A stretch of DNA of 32,000 nucleotides. Source: an uncultured Lentisphaeria bacterium (GTDB taxonomy: Bacteria; Verrucomicrobiota; Lentisphaeria; JABSQK01; JAJFLO01). The first letter of the stretch is position 1, and each line of letters opens with the position of its first letter. A program made the translations under genes and the position numbers. The notes under the pieces are model-generated. The model had not been told where the DNA came from. It saw nothing but the letters and a program-made list of their open reading frames with translations, and searched no databases. This document shows, one piece after another, positions 17,532 to 26,227 of this stretch. Location: positions 1,080,001-1,112,000 of the forward strand of contig OX638337.1 in NCBI GenBank assembly GCA_951812855.1, read 5' to 3'.

Positions 17532-18707
17532 CTAAACCTCAGATATAAATTCTGAGATTCTTGTCATGGCCAGTTCAATATCATCGATACTGACGGCATA
17601 AGAGCATCTGATATAATTTTTACCATGATTTCCAAATGCAGTTCCGGGGACAACCGCAACATTTTTTTCTTGTAATAACGATTTTGCAAAAAAATCGGAA
17701 TCTAATCCTGTGGAACTAATATTGGGATAAACATAGAAAGCACCCTGAGGATTTACACACGTTAGATTTAAACTGTTAAATCGTTTAACTATCAAATTGC
17801 GCCTCATCAAGTATTCACTTTTCATTAATTCTCTATCGTTTTTTCCATGTTGCAGTGCTTCAAGTGCTGCTTCCTGCCCCATAATAGATGCACACAACAT
17901 TGAATATTGATGAATTTTCATCATTGCATCAATCAAATCTTTTGGACCGCATGCATATCCAATTCTGTACCCAGTCATCGCATAAGCTTTACTAAACCCG
18001 TGTAGAAAAACGGTACGGTTTTTCATACCCGGAAATGCTGCGATTGACTTACACTGGTCTTCATAGGTCAATTCAGAGTAAATTTCATCTGTTATTACAA
18101 TCAAATCGTTGTCTACTGCGATCTTGGCAATCTCTGATTTTTGGTCACAGGTTAATACAGCACCTGTCGGATTGTTTGGGAAGTTCAATAAAACAACCTT
18201 TGTTTTAGGGGTTACTTTCTGTCGCAGCTCGTCTGCAACAAGGCTAAAATTATTTTCTTGCTTCGTTGTCACTGGGACAGGGATTGCCTGAGCCATTTGA
18301 ATACATGCCGGGTAGGAAACATAACAGGGTTCATGATAAACAACTTCATCACCAGGTTCCAATAATGCCCTGAGGATCAAATCCAATGCCTCACTTACGC
18401 CAACGGTAATGATACATTCCTGTACTGGATCGTAAGAGACTGAATAATTTTCTTTAACATATCGGCAAACTGCCTGTCGCAATGATAGAAGTCCTAAATT
18501 TGATGTGTAACTGGTGTGACCTTTTTCGAGGGAATATATTGTGGCTTCGCGAATCCCCCAGGGAGTGACAAAATCAGGTTCTCCGACGCCGAGCGAGATT
18601 ACATCATCCATCGTCATGACTAACTCAAAAAAATCACGAATACCACTATTCGGCAATGCATCAATATGTTTTGCAACTCTGCTAGGGGGTAATTTTGAGT
18701 CGTTCAT
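17532..18707 (-). CDS. Class I/II PLP-dependent aminotransferase (AlaT/AspC-like)
   Basis: SGIRDFF, GVGEPDF, NFPNNPTG, and the PLP-lysine motif FSKAYAMTGYRIGY. The start is placed at MNDSKLPP, because the longer ORF would overlap the upstream regulator by more than 100 nt. Confidence 0.85.
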   Translation of the reverse strand: MNDSKLPPSRVAKHIDALPNSGIRDFFELVMTMDDVISLGVGEPDFVTPWGIREATIYSLEKGHTSYTSNLGLLSLRQAVCRYVKENYSVSYDPVQECIITVGVSEALDLILRALLEPGDEVVYHEPCYVSYPACIQMAQAIPVPVTTKQENNFSLVADELRQKVTPKTKVVLLNFPNNPTGAVLTCDQKSEIAKIAVDNDLIVITDEIYSELTYEDQCKSIAAFPGMKNRTVFLHGFSKAYAMTGYRIGYACGPKDLIDAMMKIHQYSMLCASIMGQEAALEALQHGKNDRELMKSEYLMRRNLIVKRFNSLNLTCVNPQGAFYVYPNISSTGLDSDFFAKSLLQEKNVAVVPGTAFGNHGKNYIRCSYAVSIDDIELAMTRISEFISEV

Positions 18708-19170
18708 AGTCTTCATCATTTTCAAACTGGAATCCAGCTTCCTTATATTTTTTAAGGATAAAATGTGTTCGGGTAGACAACACACCATCTAAGGGTGCTA
18801 ATTTTTGTGCAACAAAATTGGCAACATCATTCAGATTCTCCCCGACAACAATTAGCTGCAGATCACAATTTCCGGAAATGAGCATTACATCGGTAACTTC
18901 CGGAAATTTTCCTATATTTCTGGCTGTCCGGTCGAATCCACCGTCTCTTTCCGGCCGTATTGAAACTTCGATTAATGCTCTGACCTTTTTAATGTGGTAA
19001 TTGTCTTCATTTATCAGGGTATAATAGCCTCGAATGATATTTTCGGTTTCGCAACGTTTTATTATCGATTCTATCTCCTCAATATCAATATTAAGTCGTT
19101 CAGACAATTCTGATGTTGTCAATCGAGCATTCTTTTGCAGCAATTCTAGTATTTTTTCCTTTTTTTCCAT
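18682..19170 (-). CDS. Lrp/AsnC-family transcriptional regulator
   Basis: 162 aa with an N-terminal HTH (NARLTTSELSERLNIDIEEIESIIKRCE) and a C-terminal AsnC-type ligand-binding fold (ALIEVSI...VTDVMLISGNCDLQLIV). Confidence 0.8.
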   Translation of the reverse strand: MEKKEKILELLQKNARLTTSELSERLNIDIEEIESIIKRCETENIIRGYYTLINEDNYHIKKVRALIEVSIRPERDGGFDRTARNIGKFPEVTDVMLISGNCDLQLIVVGENLNDVANFVAQKLAPLDGVLSTRTHFILKKYKEAGFQFENDEDYERLKITP

Positions 19171-19392
19171 CTTATGCCTTCAACACGTTTATATATTATG
19201 TTATGTACAATTATTAAATTTTGATTTTGAACTCGCCAAAGGATAACAATAACTTTAAGTCAGGATTATAGCAATTTTTCAGGGTTAAACCAAAATAGTT
19301 AACCCATTGAAAAAGACATATAACATCTCAGTGCTTATAATTTGGAACGATACGCCCGTTAATAAAAGTGTTGTAAGGAAACACGGGGCTGA

Positions 19393-20010
19393 CTAATTTT
19401 TTACGGGAATTTTTAATACCTGGTCAATTCTAATCAGGTCATTCTCCAAATTATTTATTTTCTTTAGGTCAGCTAATGGTACAGAGAATGCCTTTGCAAT
19501 TGATCCGAGAGTATCCCCCTTAACAACCCGATATAACTCATGAGAATCAGGTTCTGACTCTGGATCTGCTCTTGTGATTTTGTCAATGCCATTTAATTGT
19601 ACTAATATTTTCCGTAATATTGTTTCATGTGCCTGTTGGTTTTTCTTCCGATCTTCGTTAATAATCGCCAACAATTCATTTAATTTTGTATCAAAATTTA
19701 CCTTATTTGAGTTATTTTCTTGTTTGAGGATAATGATTTCTTCATTTAAATTTTTTATTTTGTTTACTAAATCATTTACAATATCAGAGTATGAAGATAC
19801 TTTTTCGGATAAATTAACACGCTGTTCCTGTAAAAATTTCATATCCTCAGCATATGAAATCCGCTGCTTATTAATCTCTTTAATTATTTCATTCTGAAAG
19901 GCAGCAAAGTTATTGTCCAATGACTCATCGGAACATACTGAAAAAGCTCCAATCAGCATCAGAATTAATATCCATAACGACCGAACTTTATTTATGATCA
20001 GGTAATGCAT
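19393..20010 (-). CDS. Membrane-anchored or secreted coiled-coil protein with a C-terminal LysM domain
   Basis: N-terminal hydrophobic segment, a long heptad-like middle, and a C-terminal YRVVKGDTLGSIAKAFSVPLADLKKINNLENDLIRIDQVLKIP (LysM). The ATG lies 4 nt after the argG stop. Confidence 0.75.
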   Translation of the reverse strand: MHYLIINKVRSLWILILMLIGAFSVCSDESLDNNFAAFQNEIIKEINKQRISYAEDMKFLQEQRVNLSEKVSSYSDIVNDLVNKIKNLNEEIIILKQENNSNKVNFDTKLNELLAIINEDRKKNQQAHETILRKILVQLNGIDKITRADPESEPDSHELYRVVKGDTLGSIAKAFSVPLADLKKINNLENDLIRIDQVLKIPVKN

Positions 20011-20014
20011 GATT

Positions 20015-21268
20015 TTATGTTTTGATCTGTCCAGCTTTTGCCAAACTGGTTGCCTCTACACTTTGAATTTCTACAAATCCTTGTGAACTAACCGGATTTA
20101 ATCCTTCACTTTCCTCCATAGAAGAATCTTCCATATTGTAAATTGATGCGACACAATCTGTTAAAGAATTAAAATAGATATTACCTTTGTATAGGCCAAC
20201 TGTAACTCTTCCTGCTGCTTTCTCGGCAAATACATCTATTGCTGTCCTGGCAGCTTTCGTTGCAGGGTCAAAATACCGACCATCATAAATTTGGTCACCA
20301 ACCAATTTTGACAATTGAGAAAACAGCAATGCTGCCTTTCTATCAAGTATTGCCTGATAAATATAAGTCAGACAGGTACCTAATAGTTCCATTCCCGGTG
20401 ATTCATATACACCTCTGCTTTTTGTTCCGATGATCCTATTTTCAAGTGCGTTTTTAATTCCTATTCCATTTCTGCCACCTATTTCATTTGCCATTTGCAT
20501 TGCAACCAGAGGAGAAACGGTTTGGTCATTTATTGAAATCGCACGGCCCCGATCAAAAACCACAGTAAAATTTTCGATTTTATCCGGTGCATCTTCAGGC
20601 CATACACTCATCGTAGGTTCAACGATTCTACACGATGTTTCAAGACTTTCTAAATCCTCAGCTTCATGTGATAAACCCGCTAGATTCGCATCTGTTGAAT
20701 ATCGTTTTTTTTCGATACTAAAGGTTGGAAATGCAAACTGATTTAAATATTCAGCCATTTGTTTTCTCCCCGGAAACTCCTGAAGCAAGTCTTTGTCTCG
20801 CCAGGGTGCATAGACTTTCATTTGCGGAGACAAAACATTAACGTACCGTTCAAAACGAATTTGATCATTTCCACGTCCTGTAGCACCATGTGCCAATACG
20901 GTACATTCCTTTTTCTGTAATTCAGGCAACAATCCACTTACAGTAACTGCTCGAGCTAATCCTGTTGAATTCCAATAGCCTCCATCATATTTTGCCTGTG
21001 CTTTTATCGCCTCAAAACAAAACTCAGCCATCTTATCTTTTAAATCAATTATAACTGTTTCAACCTCACAAGGAGCCATTTTGTCTTTGATATCGTTTAT
21101 ATCTTCTTCATCAGGCTGAGCAAGATCAGCGGCAAAGCAAGCAATGTTGATTCCCATTTTTTTTAGCTTGGTTGCTAACGTTTTGCTATCAAGACCACCA
21201 GACACACACAGACCGATTTTCTCATTTCCCAAATTCTTATATGAATTACTCAATCTATTTCCTTTCAA
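20015..21268 (-). CDS. argG: Argininosuccinate synthase (long, E. coli-type)
   Basis: 417 aa with SGGLDS ATP-binding motif, GATGRGNDQIRFE, STDANLAGLSHEA and ENRIIGTKSRGVYESPG. Confidence 0.9.
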   Translation of the reverse strand: MKGNRLSNSYKNLGNEKIGLCVSGGLDSKTLATKLKKMGINIACFAADLAQPDEEDINDIKDKMAPCEVETVIIDLKDKMAEFCFEAIKAQAKYDGGYWNSTGLARAVTVSGLLPELQKKECTVLAHGATGRGNDQIRFERYVNVLSPQMKVYAPWRDKDLLQEFPGRKQMAEYLNQFAFPTFSIEKKRYSTDANLAGLSHEAEDLESLETSCRIVEPTMSVWPEDAPDKIENFTVVFDRGRAISINDQTVSPLVAMQMANEIGGRNGIGIKNALENRIIGTKSRGVYESPGMELLGTCLTYIYQAILDRKAALLFSQLSKLVGDQIYDGRYFDPATKAARTAIDVFAEKAAGRVTVGLYKGNIYFNSLTDCVASIYNMEDSSMEESEGLNPVSSQGFVEIQSVEATSLAKAGQIKT

Positions 21269-21658
21269 ATTTTTTAGAATAAGATTTAAGCAGCGATTAA
21301 TTAATGATCAACCCTTTAAAAAATATCAGAATTAAACACATAAACAACCCCTCGATTATTACATTTAACAAGCTCGCTTTCAACAAACATTTTAGAAAAG
21401 TCTTGGAAATTAATGAAAGATCAACTGAATAATAAAATAGACGTCTGTATAACTTTGGAGTGTCTCTGCCCAGACAATTGGAATCACAGCATTAATTCAA
21501 TTGCACCTCGGCACAGTTAAATTACCTAAATACCGAGGTCACAACTCACACCAGGACAAACTAATGGGGTTTTAATAAAGACGTCAGGAAGGGGCTATAA
21601 TGAATAAAAGACTAAGTTAATCTAATTAACTGTGGGAAAAACAAAAAATAATAAGTTA

Positions 21659-22171
21659 TCAACTGACGCCAATGACGCGATTACCAACCGGCAACTTATT
21701 TATACTTAACACGCCATTTAGTTTCCGATGAGGTTGATAGAAAGGGGAATTCAGGTTCAATGATTGATTCTGTATCCGTTGGAAATATAAGGACTTCTCA
21801 CGGGCCAACAAAAACTGATCCAACCATAAACCGCCAGATACCTCTGGTTGTCCCACAGGTCATAGCGGCAAACCCTCCATCTCTTTATCGGCGTCAAGAA
21901 TATTGATTGGAATTTCTGTAACTCCTGCAATAATATTTGTCAGACCTCTTCCCAGTTTCCTGAGTTTATTTTGGCCATGTTCAATTTCCCAATCATCAGA
22001 TTTTAAATCAAGAAAAAAGAATCCTGTTATTGCATCTAATGTTTCATACAGTTCAAGACCAACATATGGATGCACAACTCCGGCGACGACCTTGACTCGA
22101 CTCGCGGTTTCGTTTCCCCCGCACAGCAATTTATCAATATTCTTCATCATAATCATCTTCGGACATTTCAT
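21659..22171 (-). pseudogene. Frameshifted small gene carrying a KLGRGLTNIIAGVTEIP motif (possibly a TIGR04073-type exosortase-associated family member)
   Basis: The motif resembles the KLxRGxxNxxxGxxEIP repeat I recall for that family. The expected Gly-rich continuation (GFAAMTCGTTRGIWRFMVG) is in a different frame from the 103-aa ORF, which ends at 21860. Confidence 0.3.
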
Positions 22172-22183
22172 TTTCCGTCGGCA

Positions 22184-22530
22184 TTAACTCATGAACAACT
22201 GATTTTTTGCCAAACCGTTTGAGATGTAACCGTCATTACTGCTGGATTGATAATGATTATTCAAAAATGATACGTTAGCGTACCCATGCTCAACTTTGTG
22301 GGATTTGTTATGATTATCTAATCCATCTGCCAATTTTGTTTCTGTTAAGATCGCATCTGCCCAGAATTGGGTAATCCAACCATGGAATTTGTTTTCGGTG
22401 ACTATGATAGGCAATTCCAACTTCTCGGGCTGTATAATATCCACTGATAGAAAAATTTTCGGTGCCAGCAAACTCTGTTCCTAATCCAGGGGATCCGGCA
22501 ATTCCAAATTGAATAATGTCATGAAGATCA
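22184..22530 (-). pseudogene. Possible C-terminal remnant of an outer-membrane beta-barrel gene, frameshifted and lacking an N-terminus
   Basis: One frame reads FGIAGSPGLGTEFAGTENFSISGYYTAREVGIAYH. Another continues VTENKFHGWITQFWADAILTE...GYANVSFLNNHY...GLAKNQLF. It begins immediately after the gcvH stop and has no signal peptide. Confidence 0.25.
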
Positions 22531-22544
22531 AGAAGTCTACTTAA

Positions 22545-22907
22545 TCAGTTCAAAAACTCCGTATATTCTTCCTCGGTCATTAGACCAACAATATCATCTT
22601 TCCTGATTGACTCCATTTTACAGATCCAACCCTCATGTTCCGGGGAAATATTAATTAATTCAGGTTGCTCTTCAAGAGCGGCATTAACTTCACATACCTT
22701 CCCTGAAACCGGAGAATAAATGTCTGATGCAGCTTTTACCGATTCAACAACACACAAAATGTCACCTTGAGCAAAATCAACACCGATTTCAGGTAATTCA
22801 ACAAATGTCATATCTCCAAGTTCCCGGGCCGCATGAGAACTTATGCCGATAACAGCTTTATCGTCTCTTATTTCTATCCATTCATGTTCCTCGGTAAATC
22901 GTTTCAT
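22545..22907 (-). CDS. gcvH: Glycine cleavage system protein H
   Basis: 120 aa with the lipoyl-lysine motif VESVKAASDIYSPVSGKV and the N-terminal FTEEHEWI. Confidence 0.9.
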   Translation of the reverse strand: MKRFTEEHEWIEIRDDKAVIGISSHAARELGDMTFVELPEIGVDFAQGDILCVVESVKAASDIYSPVSGKVCEVNAALEEQPELINISPEHEGWICKMESIRKDDIVGLMTEEEYTEFLN

Positions 22908-23224
22908 AAAATCCCATTCTTGAGCTAGTTTAAATGTGTTAAAAAGTTAATCATTTATCATCATGTCAAAATATATCAATCTGAAATTTTAAGAATTTTA
23001 TTTCACAGACAAAAAATTCAATACAATTTAAAAAAGTTTCTTTAAAATAATTAAAATTTGTTCATAACATGTGCTCAAAAACACCGGGAAAGATAAACTC
23101 TTAGAAAACGGCTGGAACGACATTGCTAAATGTACTTCTGCACACATTCTGTTACATATTTTTTTAAGGCAATTCAAAGGTCTTTTATATGGAACTTTTT
23201 CAGATTAAAAATATTTAGCAAAAT

Positions 23225-23914
23225 TTAAGTCAACTCCAGAGTGATAACTTTAGTCAGCATAGTTTTTTTCAAACTGCCGGGAAACGGCGGGAATTTTTTT
23301 ATCGACCTTAGCAATTTGATCACTGAGTTATCCATCGCCGGAATTTTACTTGGAGTAATTATTTTTTTATCTCTAATTGTTCCATCCCTGGAAATCTGAA
23401 ATTCAACTTTTACTTCTAAATGTTTATTCCCAATCTCTGATCTGCCCGGCTGATCCCATAATTGATACAAATGATCGATGACAAGCTGGAAATATTCAGG
23501 TTCAATTTCACCCCTGTTGTGTTGAATATTTTGGTGGTTAATTTCATTAAAATTCTCCTTCAATTCATTTCTAATTTTAGAAATGTCTATTTTATTTCTG
23601 ACAGTTGTTTTTTTCGGTTCATTTTGCTTTTTGTTACGTGGATTATTTTTAATGAAACCAGTATTTCGTATTGTTTCCGGGGATCGGTAACTGTGATTCT
23701 GTTTTGGAGATTTTTTGGCGGCAGGCCGGGATGCCGGAACAACCGTTGTATGATCATCCTTTTCAGGCTTTTGATTAGGAAGCGGAACCAATTTTACCCG
23801 GGTGATATTTTCTTCTTTAAGCTCAGTGCATGAGTTTAATTTAAATAGGCTAAAAATTGATATGATAATTGCAACATGAACAAATAATACTTTGATGAAT
23901 AAATATAGTTTCAT
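23225..23914 (-). CDS. TonB/TolA-family energy transducer
   Basis: N-terminal TM (LFIKVLFVHVAIIISIFSLF), a Lys/Pro/Asn-rich spacer, and a C-terminal LWDQPGRSEIGNKHLEVKVEFQISRDGTIRDKKIITPSKIPAMDNSVIKLLRSIKKFPPFP, which is TolA/TonB C-domain-like. The start is uncertain (ATG 23914 or TTG 23971). Confidence 0.65.
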   Translation of the reverse strand: MKLYLFIKVLFVHVAIIISIFSLFKLNSCTELKEENITRVKLVPLPNQKPEKDDHTTVVPASRPAAKKSPKQNHSYRSPETIRNTGFIKNNPRNKKQNEPKKTTVRNKIDISKIRNELKENFNEINHQNIQHNRGEIEPEYFQLVIDHLYQLWDQPGRSEIGNKHLEVKVEFQISRDGTIRDKKIITPSKIPAMDNSVIKLLRSIKKFPPFPGSLKKTMLTKVITLELT

Positions 23915-23998
23915 TCCCTGATGATACGTTTTTATTTTGCTGAGATAAATATTTAACTTGTGTGCAGGCAAATAATATGATGATAATACAAAATCAAA

Positions 23999-24409
23999 CT
24001 AATTATCTTCAGATTCGGTTACCAGTGAAACATCAATAATACCAACTTGTCTAATCATTTTCATTAAGTTAATAACATCGCCATAAGGACGGGTTTTGTC
24101 AGCTCGGACAAATATTTGAATCGAATCATTATTGCGATAGTTTTTACTTAAAACATCTTTGAGTTCCTTCTCAGAAACGGAATCTCCATCAATATATATC
24201 GTTCCGTTTTTATCCAAATTAACAATCAGGTGATCAATTGGGTTAATTGCTTCTGCATTAAAGTCAGGAGGCTGAATATTTATCGAATATTCCAGTGCGG
24301 GAGCCGTAATCATAAAAACAATTAGCAAGAGAAATGTCAAATCAACTAATGGGGTTACGTCTGGATTTGAAAATGAATTAAGATTAGAGTTTGATCGATA
24401 CCGTCTCAT
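23999..24409 (-). CDS. exbD: ExbD/TolR family protein
   Basis: 136 aa with a TM carrying the conserved Asp (VTPLVDLTFLLLIVFMI) and a periplasmic domain ending RADKTRPYGDVINLM. Confidence 0.85.
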   Translation of the reverse strand: MRRYRSNSNLNSFSNPDVTPLVDLTFLLLIVFMITAPALEYSINIQPPDFNAEAINPIDHLIVNLDKNGTIYIDGDSVSEKELKDVLSKNYRNNDSIQIFVRADKTRPYGDVINLMKMIRQVGIIDVSLVTESEDN

Positions 24410-24427
24410 GTAAGAGTAGATTAATAG

Positions 24428-25147
24428 TTAAACCTTTTTATGATTTACTTTTAACAAATTAACCACATCTTCAGTAAAATTTTCTAATTTCCGTGATAAA
24501 ACTTTAATTGTATAGTTAAGTTGATTGTATCCAACAAGTGAAGGAATGGCAACTAATAACGCAACGACGGTCGTTAAAAGGGCACCACTTACTCCAGGAG
24601 CAATTGCGTTTATATCAGCCTTACCCACAACTGCCATTCCTGTAAATGCCATCATTACACCCCAGACAGTGCCGAGCAGTCCAATAAAAGGACTCGCACT
24701 TACAATTGAACCGAGCAGACCCAGGTTTTCTTCCATTTTATGAATTTCTACGTCAACAGCTTCCAGCATTGATGATTGGATTAACTCAATTTCATCGTTA
24801 GAAAAGGTATATGTAAATCCATCTCCGGAAATGTTTGTCAGCATGGAATCAAGATCATGTCGCTGAGTCAATGCAATTGCATTGAAACCGCTGAGCGTAA
24901 TTTGCTTCATTGGACCCTTAATTTTTTCAAAATTCTTAAACAAGTCCTGGGGTATTCCGAATTTTTCTATTTTATTCCAAAACCCATTATAATCAGAATT
25001 GATTGTTTTTAAGTAATACCATTTCTCAATAATGATGGTCCAGGCTAAAACAGAAATCGCAATCAAAAGCAAAACGATTACTCGCCCTAATAAATCGCTT
25101 TGTTGAAAAGCATAAAATGGTGAAATTGCTGATATTAGAATATACAT
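24428..25147 (-). CDS. MotA/TolQ/ExbB proton channel family protein
   Basis: 239 aa with the C-terminal core SPFIGLLGTVWGVM...GVSGALLTTVVALLVAIP. Confidence 0.9.
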   Translation of the reverse strand: MYILISAISPFYAFQQSDLLGRVIVLLLIAISVLAWTIIIEKWYYLKTINSDYNGFWNKIEKFGIPQDLFKNFEKIKGPMKQITLSGFNAIALTQRHDLDSMLTNISGDGFTYTFSNDEIELIQSSMLEAVDVEIHKMEENLGLLGSIVSASPFIGLLGTVWGVMMAFTGMAVVGKADINAIAPGVSGALLTTVVALLVAIPSLVGYNQLNYTIKVLSRKLENFTEDVVNLLKVNHKKV

Positions 25148-25581
25148 TTTACAGTAAAGATGAAAAATAAAATATGATATGGTTTATTTTCGTGAACTAC
25201 AGAAAACTATTAGTATTTAAGGTTATTTCAAAAGAAATCTCCATTTTGTAGATTAAATTATTATTTTCCATATGAGTTTGAAAAAAAAATCTTAATTAAC
25301 TATATCGTCACAGTTCAGCGTTTTTTTATTACTGTTTCACTGGCTGAATTATCATATTTGATTTGAAAATAAGGTTAAATCAAATCATGAGTGAAAACAG
25401 CAATCCCCAAAATTAAACCACTGGAAGCGGTATATCAGTTGATAAAAATACCAGTAATTTAGAAGTTACAGGTACTGTGACTTTATCATCACGTCAAAGT
25501 GCAGGAAGGCCAGGTGGAGGTCAACCGCCACCTCCAGATAAAACCGATCCGCCACCACCATCGGCCAACCAGGTTTAAGGG

Positions 25582-25866
25582 ATGATCTATTCCGTGGCCA
25601 CGGAAAATGATGTTGGATTCCCAAAGTGTCAGGAGCGATTTGAAATATTACCTGAGTTCTATGAGCAAGTTGCAGAATGCCCGGAATGCAGTGTTGAATT
25701 TGTAATTAAACCACCAGGTACACCATCATACCAGGCAGCGGTGCCAGCGAAAGCAGTTCGAGCTTCGGATTCCAGTAAAAAGAAACTGAATCCAATGGTT
25801 ATTAGGCCGGCAGCAGCTATTGTTCTTCTGCTTGTTATACTTATTATTGTTATCGCATTGAAATAA
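25582..25866 (+). CDS. Small protein: N-terminal degenerate zinc ribbon plus C-terminal TM helix
   Basis: 94 aa with FPKCQERFEILPEFYEQVAECPECSVEFVI (3 Cys), a basic/Ala-rich linker, and the C-terminal AAAIVLLLVILIIVIAL. Confidence 0.5.
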   Translation: MIYSVATENDVGFPKCQERFEILPEFYEQVAECPECSVEFVIKPPGTPSYQAAVPAKAVRASDSSKKKLNPMVIRPAAAIVLLLVILIIVIALK

Positions 25867-26227
25867 TACTTTTTGGGGTCAGAAGGAAAATTTAAAACTT
25901 AAATTCTCTTCTGGTATCATTTATAGTGATGATGATCTTGTCTGTTGGATTGCAGGCTGGAGCACGGTATAAATTTTTGTATTATTTTGTCTTTAATCAA
26001 TTGATTAATATTATCGATACGAATTTAAATTCCTTTCCACTTAATTTTGTATTTCATATCAAGGTTTCTTCAGTGTATTAAATTCAATCTCAAAGTTTCA
26101 TTCTCAGTAAAAATCCAATTTAAATGCTTGTAACCATACGAAAATGTTCTAAGTTGGCGGAGTATTTTTAAATAACACTGAATCTTACCTGGATTCTACA
26201 TGAAATCCCGAAGAGTTATAACATTGT

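Noticed and set aside
22908-23224. A possible glycine riboswitch upstream of gcvH
   Set aside because: The region is extremely AT-rich and lacks the conserved GGAGAG...CACCG...CTCAGG-type glycine aptamer cores.
25414-25578. In-frame TAA codons as evidence of stop-codon reassignment
   Set aside because: TAA clearly terminates well-conserved genes here, for example guaA at 385-387 (ending ...TIEWE) and argG at 20015-20017. The standard code applies.
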